The position numbers and the translations under genes were made by a program. A DNA stretch of 63,847 nucleotides, counting the filler, from Reclinomonas americana ATCC 50394 (Eukaryota): assembly GCA_048213135.1 (NCBI GenBank). It is 8 parts of 5 records of this genome, joined end to end, with 100 filler letters (N's around TTAATTAATTAA, not from the genome) between each part and the next. Parts side by side here need not be neighbours in the genome. Positions count along the whole stretch, not along the records: positions 12,366 to 31,514 come from PS015877.1; 7 more parts are not named here. One strand, given 5' to 3'. The notes under the pieces were generated by a model. The model did not search any database and was not told the DNA's origin. It saw only the letters and a list, made by a program, of their open reading frames with translations. Positions within the stretch are counted from its first letter, which is position 1; each line of letters opens with the position of its first letter. Positions 13,345-26,752 of the stretch are shown piece after piece.

Positions 13345-13474
13345 TGCTGTGAAGCGACGCAGCCAGTTGTCGTTAGAGGACACCACAATGAAGAGAGGCA
13401 AGCTTGTCGTCCACTGGCAACTATTGGGGGGGAGTTTCTTCTTCGGTTTTACGTGCACCACAGCTGTGCGTGTG

Positions 13475-15633
13475 TCACGCCAGATAACAAGTCACAGCCT
13501 TCGCAAAACAGTCGGCACATATACGTCTTCTCAAGAACGGCATCATTGACTGATCGGCAGATGGTGGCACGTCAAACGCCGCCGCCGCCGCAAACTGCAC
13601 GCGGTCACGATCGCCGTCAGTACCGACGAGAGGCGGCAGCACATTCACGGGCACTCGCCCCCTCTCACACGTACCATGCACACAAACACGCCACAGTCGT
13701 ATCCATTGCGCTGCCGCGGAACGGCGGGCACATAGTCCGTCCAGTCGGACAGGTCGAGTGTGCCGCCCTTCTTGTCGGCATACTCGTCTGCCACGTACCG
13801 ACGCAGCATCTACACACAGACACGTCAGCATCAAAATCACCACGGAAGCTGCTGCCGTCGAACGCAGCACACGCAACTGCGAGGTGCTCGGCGCCCCTGG
13901 AACCGAGAGAGTCGTAGAACTCGAAGCGACGGTCACGCACGTTGATGCACGCAAAGACCCAGTGCGCCGGCAAGTGGATGGGTATCAGCAACTTGTCCAA
14001 TTGGAAAACGTCGATTTGCGAACGCATCGTCCACCGCCTCACACTCTGATAGTTGTACTCCGTCTGCTCTGTGGTGAGCTGCTGGAAGAAGAATGTGTTG
14101 TGGCTCCACAGTTTCGGGCCCTGCCAGTCGGCCTGTTTCGCTCGTGCCACCAGCAGGCCTTGACAGTAGAAATTGACCACCTCGTCGTTGAGCCAGTTGG
14201 TGCCGGAGAGCGTGTGCAAGTCGAGCCGCTTAAGGTCGATCTTGGAAAGGGGCTTGCCGTGCACCAGAACCTCATCCTCGTCACCACGCCCAAACGCCCG
14301 ATTCACCAGTTCTTCCTCCTCGCGCCTCAGGGGCGGATACTGCACCTTGCGCTACCGATACACACACACACACAGATCAAGTGAGTGAGTGTGCAGTCGA
14401 CACGCATGCACTCTGGCGGCGACACAAACACCGACCTGTACCGCATTCTGGCGGTGGAACTCGGTGGCCTCGGCCACAATTCGCGGCTGCACCAGCAACT
14501 CCTCCAGCACGTCTTCCGCCACACTCAGCATCCATTTGTTTTCCCGCAGCGCGCCGCGCGCCACATCAAATATCGTGTCCATCAATACGGCCTCCCACGT
14601 CTCCTGCGCCACCTGCTCTCGCGTCTGCTCCTCCAGCCGTGTCAAATGCCTCTCTGGAGCCGGTGCGCGGCTCGTCACTCGCAGTGGCGAAAACATGAAC
14701 GGCGACGATTCCCGAGTGGTCGACCTGCACACACACACACGAAGCCGACATCACGAGTGACCACCAACGCATCACCACCACACCGACCACCATGCATGTG
14801 CCCTGCCACGCAACAGTCGGCGCAGCCGATAATCAATCACCAGCATCCCATGAAGTACATCAGACTCAGGATCCCAGAGCACCGCATCGTCGACTGCTGC
14901 TGCTTCTGCTTCTGCTTCTGCTTCTGCTGCTGCTGCAGATGGAGGTGACGCAGGCGGCCTGAGCCACTGGTGCTGCTGGCTAGCGGCCGGTGGTTGCCGT
15001 AATCCCTGATCCAGCGCGTCGAGGTCCATGGATTCTTGCCGCACTCGATGTCGATCCAGCACCGTCGAGCTTAGCCGCAATGGTGGACTGTAGAATGGGC
15101 TTCGCTGCGGCCGTCTGAAATACGACAACATACCAGCGTGGTCTGTGAAGGAGGTGGAGGTGGCCGTCCGCGGCGGCGACTCGGGTACATCATGAAATGC
15201 ACGCGGGCTGCGGAATGCATCTGCCGTCCGCGGCGACAACCCCGCATCATGAGTTTCACGCTCATCGGTGTCCACGTGCCGATCCTCCTCTCTCCCCTCA
15301 TCCACCATCATCCGGGTCGACTCGGCATTCTTCTGCACACACACGCACGCAAACGCGCGCGCGCGCGACATGTCAGCCGCGCAACTGCAGACCAAGGAGA
15401 CACGATGGTGGGCGACTCACTGTCGACAGTCGCGACGGGTATGTGCGTGGTGGTTCACTGCGCGGCTGCCGCCACGTCGACCAGTTTGGGGACGCAAAAG
15501 TGTGTGTTGCAGCGGGTGTGTACGTGCTGAACGCGTTGCGCGCCATGGGTGGAGTAGACGGTGAGCCGCCACCGTTAGAATGGCGGCCGCCAACGATGGG
15601 TCGTGGCTTTCGCGCAAAGGATGTGAACGACAT
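13475..15633 (-). CDS. ULP1: Ulp1/SENP-family SUMO protease (peptidase C48)
   Basis: WLNDEVVNFY, NTFFF, YQSVRRWT, IPIHLPAHW, FYDSL and QRNGYDCGVF give an intact His-Asp-Cys triad plus the oxyanion Gln; disordered N-terminus. Confidence 0.93.
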
Positions 15634-15684
15634 GCTTCGATGACAACTGCATGCACAGGACTTTTTTCTTTTTTCACAAGTCAC

Positions 15685-18600
15685 TCAGCGCCGTGAGGTT
15701 GGGGGACCGGAAGGTGCTCCACGCGGCCGCGATGTTACAGCATTCAACTGCACTTCCAGCTTGGCGGCGGCCAACGACACCAATTCCTTGCGGAACTCGT
15801 TAAGCAGCACGACGTTGCGAACAAACTTCTCCTCCTCGCCACTCAGCGGCAGATTGGCGAGATCTTGTGCGGACGTGTCGCTGGCGCGCAGGTGGTAGCT
15901 CGACCTGTGCGTGATTGATTTATCAGTGGGGCGTGAGATCACCGAGTGTGGGGAAGAGTGGGCGACGCAACATCGGAATCTGCAAGCTGCACTGGACCTT
16001 GGCCACCTTCCACTCGAATGATTCGATATCACGCGACGCCACACGCGCCGTTTCACACACCGTGTACAGCGAGCGTGACAGCGATGGATACTGGGCGGGC
16101 AGATGGATGGAGGGGTCCAGCAGGTACGTGTTGAGCACGGGGTGCGCCGACGACACGCACAGCGAGCACACCACCGAGGTGAGCGCCAAGTTCAACTCCC
16201 AGTCGTTGTGCAGGAAGGACTCCACACGGCGGAACAACTTTTGCAACAACATGCCCTCGTAGAACGGGGTCACCGACGAGGAGCCACCGGCACCCTCTGG
16301 CGCTCTCGAGACCACCAACTCCTCGGCCTCGCCAGCCACTGATCCACCAGCACGCGGTGACTCTGTCACGTGCAGAGTCAATCGCATGCACAGAGACGGT
16401 GACAATACAACGCGGGGACGGCGACAGAACTGACAGGTGAGCCAAAGAGGTCGTCTAACCGCGGCTCAACAGCCGCGGAACGCACGCGCACAGTCTTGCG
16501 AGCGTTGTCAATGTACATGGACTGAGAGACGCCACCGGCAAAGAACAGCCTGGTGGTGTGTGCAAGAAGAAGGGGGTGAATGGAAGAGGGGAAGCGTGAT
16601 GGCACGCCAAAAACACGCGAGAGAGACAAGTGGCGCGCACCAGGAAAAGTTGGGTCTCTTCATGGCGGGACTGGCGGCCAGGTCTGCGTGCATCATTGCC
16701 GCCTCTCTCCGTCCGAGACCCATGGTCTGTCCCGCCAGTCGGCCTGCGTCGCTCTCCTCAAATGGTCTCATCCAGTCGGCCTCACCAGTGGCCTCTGTCA
16801 GCGGTGCAAACATGGACGCCAGCGCCTGCAGCGACCTCAACGCCTTGTCTCGCATCTCGTCAATGTGATCCGCCGTCGACAACTGAATGCCTTGCCACTG
16901 TTTCGAATCAATGTCAGGACGCCCATACACGCTGTATCTGCTCTCTCTCTCTCACGCGCGCACACACACCTCCAGCAGCGCCTGCTCCTCCATCTGCTCA
17001 ATGACTTCCGCAATCGGACCGAGATTGCGCAGAATGAGCGTCTCCAGTAATGGAGCATAGTTGCGCGACAACAGCGCCTTGACCACCAACAGCGACAGCA
17101 CGGCAATCTGGTGGAACAGCAACATGAAAAATTGAGTGGAAAGCGCACGGCGAGTAGCGGCTTGAGAGGTGCGACGCACCGTGTCATCCAGGTCGGTGAT
17201 TCGTGACAGCAGCTGATTTCTCGCCGCCGGCACCGACGGCACTCCACGCACCTCCGGGCCCGTGGATTCCTGCGTCTATGCGTGAGCACTTCAACAACAA
17301 CAACAACAACAACAACAACAACGGGATGCACACTGATATTGTGCACGCAACTCCAAACAGTGAAAACACCAATCCCTCCAGCAGTGGCTTGCTGGAGATC
17401 TCCTCCACCACACGCTTCAGGTGATACAGCGACGCCTGTACTTCCGACTCTTGACTGCGTGCACACTTCAATGAGATGCACCGCGGAGTGAAATAACCAA
17501 CTCTCTCACACACAGACGCGCACGCAACTCGGCCGCCAACGAGGGGATCAACAACGGGTCGACAAACAGTTCGCGCCATCGCTTGCTGATTTCCTCCAGC
17601 AGAGCGACGTGCGGGGTCATGGAGATGCCGTTGAGGAAGCCAACTCGGTTCAAAAACTCGCTCAGTGGGTCGTATCGACCCTCTTCGCCACTTCGACTCG
17701 CTGTGTTGTGCCAGCAAAAGTGAGGCAACACGCGCGAATTCCCGCGCTGGCTATCACGCTGGCTGTCACGCAACGCGATGTTCTCCGAATGTCCACTTGC
17801 CGGTTCGGCGAGAACTCGGAAGGTAGCGCACGGAATCCATTCACCAGGCCGTGTATCTACACGGAGATTACACAGTGAGACAGCAACGTCACTGAAAAGA
17901 TGAGCGACCGACCGGCAACGGAACAATGAGGTCCAGCAGCTGCGTCCGTCGGGCGATAAATACGCCGAGTCCCAGCGACGGGAGATCAATGAGCATCGTC
18001 AGTGCCGCACGTGCCAGGTCACCGTCGGACTTGGAGTCGTTGACGAATCGCAGTAGCGACGTGAACACGAGGAACTCACCCTGCCCGCTCTGCACGCACA
18101 AAAGGGATCAGCTTGTCTATCGCGGCGGTAGTCGTCGCGGAATACGCACCCCATCGCTGCGCTGCTGGAAGAATAGACCCAGCAAGCTTGGATTCGCGGA
18201 CAGCTTGATGGCCAGATTGTGCAACAGGTGCACATATGCTTTCCGCGCTGTGTACACATTCAAGTTGAGCGACACCTGAATCATCGCTGCACGACCGGGG
18301 CGGATAACTCTTCTCGTCCAGATCGCGCAGGTTACACGATCGCAGCACCGTGTCGAGCGCATTGTGAATCGGCATGATCTGCACCAAATCAAAGCGCAGT
18401 TGTCGCAGCAGCGTTCCCAAATGCTCCAACACCAACGCCAGCGTTCCACACGGCGACTGCGCAATACCGACCCCATCAGCCACCGAAGACCGCACACATT
18501 TCCCGCACAGACACACGCAACATCGGCCTTGCCAAACTCGCACAGCGTCTCAAAGATCTGCTCGTCCTTGAAATACTGCAACAGCGGTCGCACCTCGCCC

Positions 18601-19006
18601 TCATCACTCAGCACAGTTCGTTGATCCTGCAGTCACTGTGAGCCATGGGAGGCAGGCACTGTCTTTCTTCAGCACGCACCTCTGTGATGAGCAGCTCCAT
18701 CATCTTGCCGAGCTTCCCGCCAATGTCTTGGTTGATCAAGATCGACGAATCGGTGCCCTCATCTGCCGCGCGCGCGCCACATGTCAATTTCGTTTTTTCA
18801 TCTTTCTCGCTCTTCACACGCATGCCGCAACTCCTTGCCACGGCATTCAAATGGCGCAAATCCGAGTTGAAGAACTCACTCAGGTCCTCCCACGTGCGCC
18901 GCATGACGTCCATGTCCGTCGGCGCGAACACGTCCGCCACAGCCTCCACGCCTTTGCTCACGGCACGCATGCCCTTGCTCCACATGCTCTTCAACCATTT
19001 CGACAT
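15685..19006 (-). CDS. FHIP/FAM160 (FTS-Hook interacting protein) family, about 14 introns
   Basis: LLQYFKDEQIFETLCEFGKAD|SPCG, FLVFTSLLRFV, LFRRVESFLHNDWELNLALTSV.CSL....HPVL..YLL, NVVLLNEFRKEL. Confidence 0.8.
17292..17322. repeat. (CAA)n intronic microsatellite
   Basis: About 10 CAA units inside a FHIP intron. Confidence 0.9.
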
Positions 19007-19117
19007 GGTTTCTCTGTTGACACACACAACACACAAAGCGCGCGCGTGATCAAAGTGGACAGTCGCCAGCGCGCGAGCTGCATCTGTCCGGTCCGTTGTG
19101 TCATCGGCCTCATCATC

Positions 19118-20909
19118 ATGGATCGCGGTGCGTGTTCCATCTCGCTCTCTTCTTTATCCAACATTGCCCACTGATTGTGTGCCTGCAGAGTTCCTCAAGC
19201 AGCGCGAGGAGGAGCTGGAGTTGGGGTTGCACCCACGAAAGGCACCGGCGTACCTGTTCCCAGTGCAAAAGGCGCCTTCGATGCACAACAACCCCGCGCT
19301 GCTCTGTGCGTCCCTCTCCCTGCTTGTCTGTCTTTCTTGTGCACGATGTGTTCACTCTGCGCGCGATGTGCAGGTTATCCGCACCTGGCGTTGCAGTACC
19401 GCAAGGCGCGACAAGAGTTGCTCGATGGTGGTCACGGTGGTGGTGGAGGCGGTGCAGTGAGTCTTCCACTGCCACTGGTGCAGTCGACGAGTCCGACGCC
19501 GGGGTCGACGGCGGCGGCGGTGGCGGGACGGGATTCGCGACAGCGAGCGCAGTTGCAGTCGAGATCAATGCCGACGACGACGACGACAACGACGACCAGT
19601 GTGAGTGCGGGGCACTCGGCGGCGGTGTCGAGTCGAGGGCAGCTCGGTGCCAGCGAGGACAGAGAGCGATTACATGAGTGGATGGTGCGCGATTTCTCTT
19701 TTGCTCGGCGCGCTCGTGAGATCGCTGACGGTTGGTGTTTTTTGCTGTTGCAGCACATGGTGGCGCAGCAGCAGCAGCAGAGTGGCGCACCGACGCTTCC
19801 ATTTGAGTTTGTGGGACTAGGAGTTCCGGGCGATGAGGCCACTCGGCAAGTGTCGAGAACGCCATCGCCGCCGGTGCGCTCGCCTGGTCTGCCGAGCATT
19901 CATCGCGTGGATTCGATGCCGCATGTGTCGTCGTCGGCGGCGGTGAGTGGTCGCCGACACGGTGGCGGCTCACGACCGGTGACGCAGCCGGCTGCTAACG
20001 CGGGCGAGACGGGCGGGTCGACACGAGTTCCGCGGTATCGAGGCGGCGTGCAGACCACCCGCGCAGAGGAGCTGAAGAACACATCGAGGTGCGGTGTGCT
20101 ATCGTGCTCTCTTTGTTGTTGCGTGTCGCTGACTTTGTGGGCCAGTGTTTCGTTGCCTGGTCTCGGCATATCGTTGGTGGTCGACCGCACCGCTCGTTCC
20201 TCGGTTACCGTTCGCAACGTGGTACGTCTTCATGCGAATGCGCCTGTCGCGAGACCATGCTCACTATTCTCCATTCCAGCCCGCACCGACAGCACCGAGG
20301 GAGGTGCTGCACAAGACCAGGGCTCGACCGACCTCCCACGTTCCCTTTAGTGTGTGGCGAGCACGACAGCAGCTCGAGTACGAAAAATCGCTGGTGGCCT
20401 CACGGCAGGTGGACCCGACGCACGGCGAGCCGTTTCTCCAGTTCCTGCAGTGGTTGCGTGGAACGAGTCGCATTTCTGCTCACCACTCCCGTTGTCATGA
20501 CCGCATATGTGTGTACAGGAAGCGGCTGTCGGAGTACGCGCAGCGTGCAGAAACCGCCTTTAATGAGCAACAGCAGCATCATCAGCAGCTGCCACCACCG
20601 CAGCTTAATCTGCACCACCACCATCACGACGACGACGACGACGACGATGATGATGATGGCGGCCACGGTGACCACGAGGGAGATGAAGTCGACAGCCCCA
20701 GGTCGTACGATGGTGTTGGCAGTGGTGACAGCCACGACGGGATTGGTGGCGGTGACGGTGGCGACGGTGGAGGCAGTAGTACTGGTGGTGGCGGTGGTGC
20801 ATCGTCCATCGTACCCGACGATGTATTTGACGGCTCAGGTGAGGACGTGCGGTCCATACTCAGAGCAGCAGAGGATCTGGTGACCGAGGCCATTTATGTT
20901 AATGAATAA
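19118..20909 (+). CDS. Uncharacterised spliced protein with an acidic/Gly-rich C-terminus
   Basis: ATG at 19118; in-frame GT-AG joins (MDR|EFLKQREEELELGLHPRK; QFLQW|KRLSEY); poly-His/Asp tail; stop at 20909. Confidence 0.6.
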
Positions 20910-20960
20910 CGAGCTGAGCTGAGCTGATCTCTGTTTACTCGCTCTCATCCATGTCTCGAA

Positions 20961-23069
20961 TCATTCGAAGAAATCGTGTACCTGCAGCAGGGCCAGATCG
21001 AGTCTGCACAGCAATGCATGGGGTGAGTCTGTGTGCCTCTTTTTTGCGTGCCCCCGTCAACAGAGCAAAACTGACACGGTGCACGCAACGACCAGGTGTC
21101 GCAGTCGGCCCCGAGATCGACGGTGATGTAGCTGGTGGCGGTGGTGGTGGTGGTGGTACCACCTGCTCCTCCATTACCGGCGCCGCTGGTGACGTTTGTG
21201 CCGTTGACCGACGCTGCTGTCGGCGTGCTCCCGCTGGGTGTCAGCAGAGTCGGCAACAGGGTCAAACTGTTGCTGTGCACGAGTGCGCTGCGCCACTCCT
21301 CGCTCCCACGCCGACTGCTGCCACCAGCATGATGCTTCACTGGGGTTGTTGGATCGGGGAAGGCAACTGGCGTGCGAGAGACGACCGCGGAGCCTGTACG
21401 CTGTGGCGATGCAAACAGGTAGGATGCAGATCGCATTGGCGACATGCCGTGCTCCAGGGCCAGCGATCGCAGTGTGCGGTGCGGCGACATACTCGGCGAT
21501 GGCAGTCGCGATGACGGGGCGGTGGCGATTGGTGGTTGTGACAGCAGCTCCAGCAGTGGCCGTGGCGGCACCAGCAGTGGCGGTGCAGGGCATCGATGTT
21601 GCAGTGGTGTCAGTGGAGCGGCCGACACTGAGTGCACCAGCAGCAGCTGGTCGTGGCTGCAGTCGCCATCTGTGGGACTGGTGTCGTCGTCGGCGGCAGC
21701 GACAGAGGCAATTGCTTTGCCGCTGGCCGTGGCCGTGGCACCTGCATGCTGCTTGCGTGCCTTGCGCGGTGGTGACGCGGCCTCTCGCAACTCATGGTTC
21801 TCCGACTGCTCCTGCGCCATGTAGTGCAGACGTCGTGGTGCTGCTGCGACGGAAGTGTCGAGTGGCACGGCCAGTGGTGGTGGTGGCGGTGGAGGTCGTG
21901 GTGGCGGATTCGCTGGACAGCGTGGAATCGCGCGGACAAGGGCCTCCAGCATGCTTCGCATCTCGGGAGCCTCTGCGTGCATCACACAATGGGTGAGCGC
22001 CACACACCACGCAACTAGGTGCGTTTTTTTCGTACCAATACTGGCGGCTTGTGACAAGTCTGTGGCAACATCGTCGCCGACCACTTGCAGCTGGCCGTCG
22101 GCATCGGGACGATAGTGATTCCACACCACCGGCAGTGGCTTGCGTCGCTGCCGCCGCAGAGGATTCGTCGGCGACAATTGCAATTCGGCTGCGGAGGCTG
22201 CCACCGCCGGCTTGTATCGATACAGACTCTTGGCGACCTCTCTGCCGACCAGCCACCGAGCCTTCAGTCGACGGGCGGGATGGAAACGCGGGCTGACAGA
22301 GACGACGCAACTTTTTCAATACAGAATTCCAGCGATTCTTGACGGCGTTGGCCGACCGACCCGGCATGGCCCGCGCAATGGCCGCCCATTGGTTCTTCAG
22401 CTCGGTCTGTGCGCGGATGATGGTGCAGTCCTCCTGCTCGGTCCACTCATCGCGTCGCAGGGTGGGATCCAGGTGATTGAACCAGCTGCGCGCAGCGAAT
22501 AACGAGGGACGACGCAGCGAATGATGATGGACCGACCACGGTGATTGCACCACCACAAAACAGAAGCGGGAGACGTACCGCTCACGGCATTGTTTTGCCA
22601 CACGATTCGGCATGCGTCGGGCCACCGCCGCCCAGCAGTTCACACCCATCTCCTGCGTATGCACAATGTGCAGTGGTGAGACCGCATACCGATAGGGGTG
22701 TAGCAGTTGCTGCATTGCACTTTTTTGATTGGACTCTCTCGCGACTCACCCCTACTACATGCCGCAACCGCTCGTCTTCATCGTGCGTCCACATGTTGAT
22801 GACTTTTTGCTTGCGTGCTCCTGCAGTTCCCGCCAGTGCACGTGGTCTTGCCTGCGCCCCACCACAACGCACACAGAGTGAGAGGTGTGTTGATCACTGC
22901 CTGTGTGTGTCTGCACTGTGACGCTCACCACTCCATCGCCTTCATCTTCGTAGTCGTTGTCGTGGCCGTCGTCGCCATCGTCGTCGTCGCTCTCGTCGCG
23001 AGGGCGGCGGCGGGGACGGCGGTGTTGCTGCTGGTTGATCCGCGCGGTATTGGTTGCCATTTGTACCAC
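20961..23069 (-). CDS. R2R3-Myb transcription factor
   Basis: WTHDEDERL...NCWAAVARRMPNRVAKQCRER|WFNHLDPTLRRDEWTEQED.TII.AQ.ELKNQWAAIARAMPGRSANAVKNRWNS; long disordered C-terminus (3' end modelled by hand). Confidence 0.9.
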
Positions 23070-24640
23070 TCTTCACTCACTCGCTCACTCGTGCGTACTG
23101 TGTGCGGCTGGCGTGCGTGAACGAACGGAAACGCGGGAGTGGAGGCAGGTGGCGTTGGATGGGCGAGAATCGGAGAATGGGAAGGCAGTGTGGAGTGCAG
23201 GAGGCATGATTTTTGGGGGGTGCGCAGGCAAGTGGCGTTGGGGGTACCATGCGGAGTCGTGCACATGCGCATGAGCAAGTGAAAGGGTAGTCAGCGATAT
23301 AGAGTCCACCGCAGCCGTGCCCTGGCTAGCCTTTTGTGAGTTTCTATTGATTCTACGCCGGCCTTCGCGATCGATCACCTCGCTTGAACGAATGCGGACA
23401 TTATTCCCCGTGGCTGGGTGTCAAAAAGAACAATCCGCGACACCCACTCCGCACTCATCTGTACGTGCACTGCTGGCGCGAGTCTCCACCACCACCACCA
23501 CCATTGTTGGAAAGTCAAGTGTATACTGAGGCGCGCCGGTGACATGTCTGCGATTTTCCATTTTTGGGGAGGCGAGGGAGACTGGCCGGAGGTCATATTT
23601 ATGAGTTGCGCTCTCTGTCCGATGATCTCCCCTGCCGCCGCGTGCGTGTGAGCACGCGCACACAGTGATGAAGAACAAGAACATGCACGAGTGCTCGCAA
23701 ATGATTCTATTTTTTTGTTGTGCGAAGAGGCAATCAAAAAAGAAAGCCTCACATATGGCGCACACGAAAAAAGATTTGTCCGACACCATTGCAGTGAATA
23801 ATCTGCGCACAACTTTTATTGCGTGTTCTCTGTGCGCCAAGACGACACGACACCCTGCACTCTGTTTCTCGCCAGTTGTGGATCGTACGTTTGTCTCTCT
23901 CCCCACCACCTGCATGCACCACCCCCCGTCCGCGCACCTCCACAGCCATTCGTGCGCTTGCGCAGGATGGCAGCGATGATGTGTTTTGTCGCTGCCTGCG
24001 TGGCTGTGGGAGTCCCCTCCCCCCTCCCCCTCTTCTCCCGCCACTCCCTCCCCTTCCGCATAGACCCACCGTTGCTACCCTGCTTCTCCCCATTGCTGTC
24101 GTAGGACTGGTACATCGCCTTCATCGCCTTCATCATCATCAGTCATCGATTGTGTGCGAAAAACCAAATCAATCTCAACACACTCGCGCACACAGACACA
24201 CGCACACACAATCACACAGCGCGTCTCTCGTTCGCGCGCGTCTGCGGATCTCAACCCAGCCTCGCCTTTTAATGCAGGTTCCTGTCAACCCCCCCTTTTT
24301 TTGCTCCCGTTTCTGTTTGCTCCTAAATCGTCGACTTCTTTTTTTTCGAACAGCGTGGCACCACTCAAAATAGTCGCCTCTCCAACGGTGCCGAGTTGCG
24401 TCTCTCTTTGTGATCATACGCGCACGCACTTTTTTTTTTGTGTGGTGGCAAAAACATCTTGGCACGAAAAAAGTAACAGATAGCATCGTAGACCCCGATA
24501 CAGCATTTCCAGTTTCTTTTGGTGTACTCTACATTAATTTGTGCGTTTTCGCGATTGTTCCATGCAGTGGTGCGCCACCTCTGGCGCACGAGGCACTGCT
24601 GCCTAGCCGCCATAAGCACCAGTCCATCGGCGACGGTGAC

Positions 24641-26589
24641 ATGGACGGCGAGGTGGACGATCATCATGGTGAACCGAATCGCGACTGGACGGCCGAGGAG
24701 GATCGCATCATTGTGCAGCTGTGCGTTCAAGTCGGCTCGCAGTGGGCGCTCATTGCCGAGTTCCTGCCCGGCCGCAGCCGCAGCTCTGTCAAGAACCGGT
24801 ACTACTCGACGCTGCGCAGGTGTGTTGACCATCGCGAGAGATGCGCACATGTTTGACTCTGTGCATTTTCCTCACGCACTGCTCTGCCAGACTGCTCGAC
24901 AAGTCGCCATACAGAAAAGAATTCCGAGAGCAACGCACACGTCAAGTTGGTGTCCGACAGGTGTGTGTGTGTGTGTGGGCGAATAGAATAATGCTGGCGA
25001 CCACGCTGCGTGCAGGTGAATAATTCTTTTGCCGTTTTCTTCTTCCTGTCGCAGTGGAAGATCCTCTCGGTCGACGACACCACCGGCGCCACAGGGAAAC
25101 TGGTGGGCCAATCGGTGCTGCCGGTGACCTCCATCGAGGAGGCGAAACAGCGAGGTTCGCAGCCACAACTGCTGCTGCTTTGCCCATATCTGTCTAGTGT
25201 TCGAATTGTGTTTCGCTCATGCACATTATTTGTTGTGCAGAAACGCCTGCGGATGTGGCCGCTCTCGACGCGCTGGTCAACAGCGTGTCGCGTCGCCAGC
25301 GTCGCCGTTCGTCACCACTGAGCTCGTCGCCAGAGCGGTGGGGCGAGTACTGTTCACCGACGATGGATCAGGTGTACGCGAATTCCATGCCCCTCGCACC
25401 TCCGCTCCCGTCTCGAGTTCTCTTCCCCGGTTTCCCTACCCCCGGTTTTGTCGGCGCTGGTGTGTCGGCACCGCTGTCGCCGTTGATTCCGACCCTGCAA
25501 CCTGCATTGGTCAGCGGCGGTCTTGCGATTGACCCGAGCCTTGCAAGTGCTGTACCCCTCTACCTCCCCGTGGTCCCAGCCACCCACATGCACATGCAAC
25601 GGGCCGCAATGTCGCCTGTTGCTGTAAATGGAGGTGAGTTTTACATGCTGGCTCTGCGAGAGCGCATGGCACACGAGAGGGCTGCGCACGAGTGGGCTGC
25701 ACATGAGATGGCCGCACGTGCGTTCCACTCGATGAGACCACCTCTGCCTGCCTTCTATGTCGATTCTGCTTCTTTCGATGGCGAACACAACCGGTCGATG
25801 ATTTCGACTATGCTGTGGATGCAGCAAGAAGCACAGCATTGTGCTGCTTCTGCGGGTGGTCATTATTATGACCGTGCCTCACATGAAGCCGGCGGTACGA
25901 GTTCTTCTTGCACCACTCCTCCTTTGGGTTCGACTGCTCTCTCTCCTTCTACTACTACCAGCAACATGCATGTGTGATGCGCGTATTCTGCGTATACGTA
26001 CGCAGCGATATGCCTCACGTGCCGCCGCAGTTTGTACTCATCGTTGCCCTTCCTGCAGGCCTCGCATTGGCTCGCAGCACTCCCGTCGCGCCAGCGGCTG
26101 GGCATGCAGTCAGTACGCTGCCGTCGGCAACTGGCTTGCATTCAAACAGCAACGTCAACGGGCTCGTGGTTCACGAGCCGGTGTTGCCTGCCGTGCACCA
26201 GTCCGCACCATCAAACATGCTCCCAAGTATCGGTGAGCTACACACGTTCACCACTGTGCGCCTTTGTTGTTTCTTCCGCTCATCTTTGCGCTGTATCAGG
26301 ACAACTGGCTGCCGCTGTACGTGCCGACCCCAGCACGTGGGCAGCTCCAGCTCCGGTTGCCGCCTATCAGCTGGGGGGTCCGGTGCCGTACGTGCCGACT
26401 GCTGTGCCACCGCTGGCACTGGTGGGCCCCCACGGCGTGCCTCCACTCATGGCCGCAGCACCTATAATTCCAATTGCGACAACAACAACAACAACAGCAA
26501 TACCGCCACCGTCAGCAAGTCGCCATAATTCTGGAGGTCATGTACAGCTCCCGCCTCCGTACGGAATTCTGCCGCCGGGTTCAAGCTGA
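24641..26589 (+). CDS. Myb-domain protein (one R3-like repeat visible; ends uncertain)
   Basis: WTAEEDRIIVQLCVQVGSQWALIAEFLPGRSRSSVKNRYYSTLR followed by spliced Pro/Ala/Ser-rich exons. Confidence 0.8.
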
Positions 26590-26752
26590 CGACCATCCAT
26601 ACCACCGACGATGCTTAGTTAATTATCGGCATCTTGTCGATGTGTTTTGTTGCCGTCGTGTTACAATAGTCACAATCTCTGTATTCTTTCTCACACTCTC
26701 TTGTTGTTTCGCGTGAAAAACTAATAATTGAGAATTAATGGCTTCGTTTACA

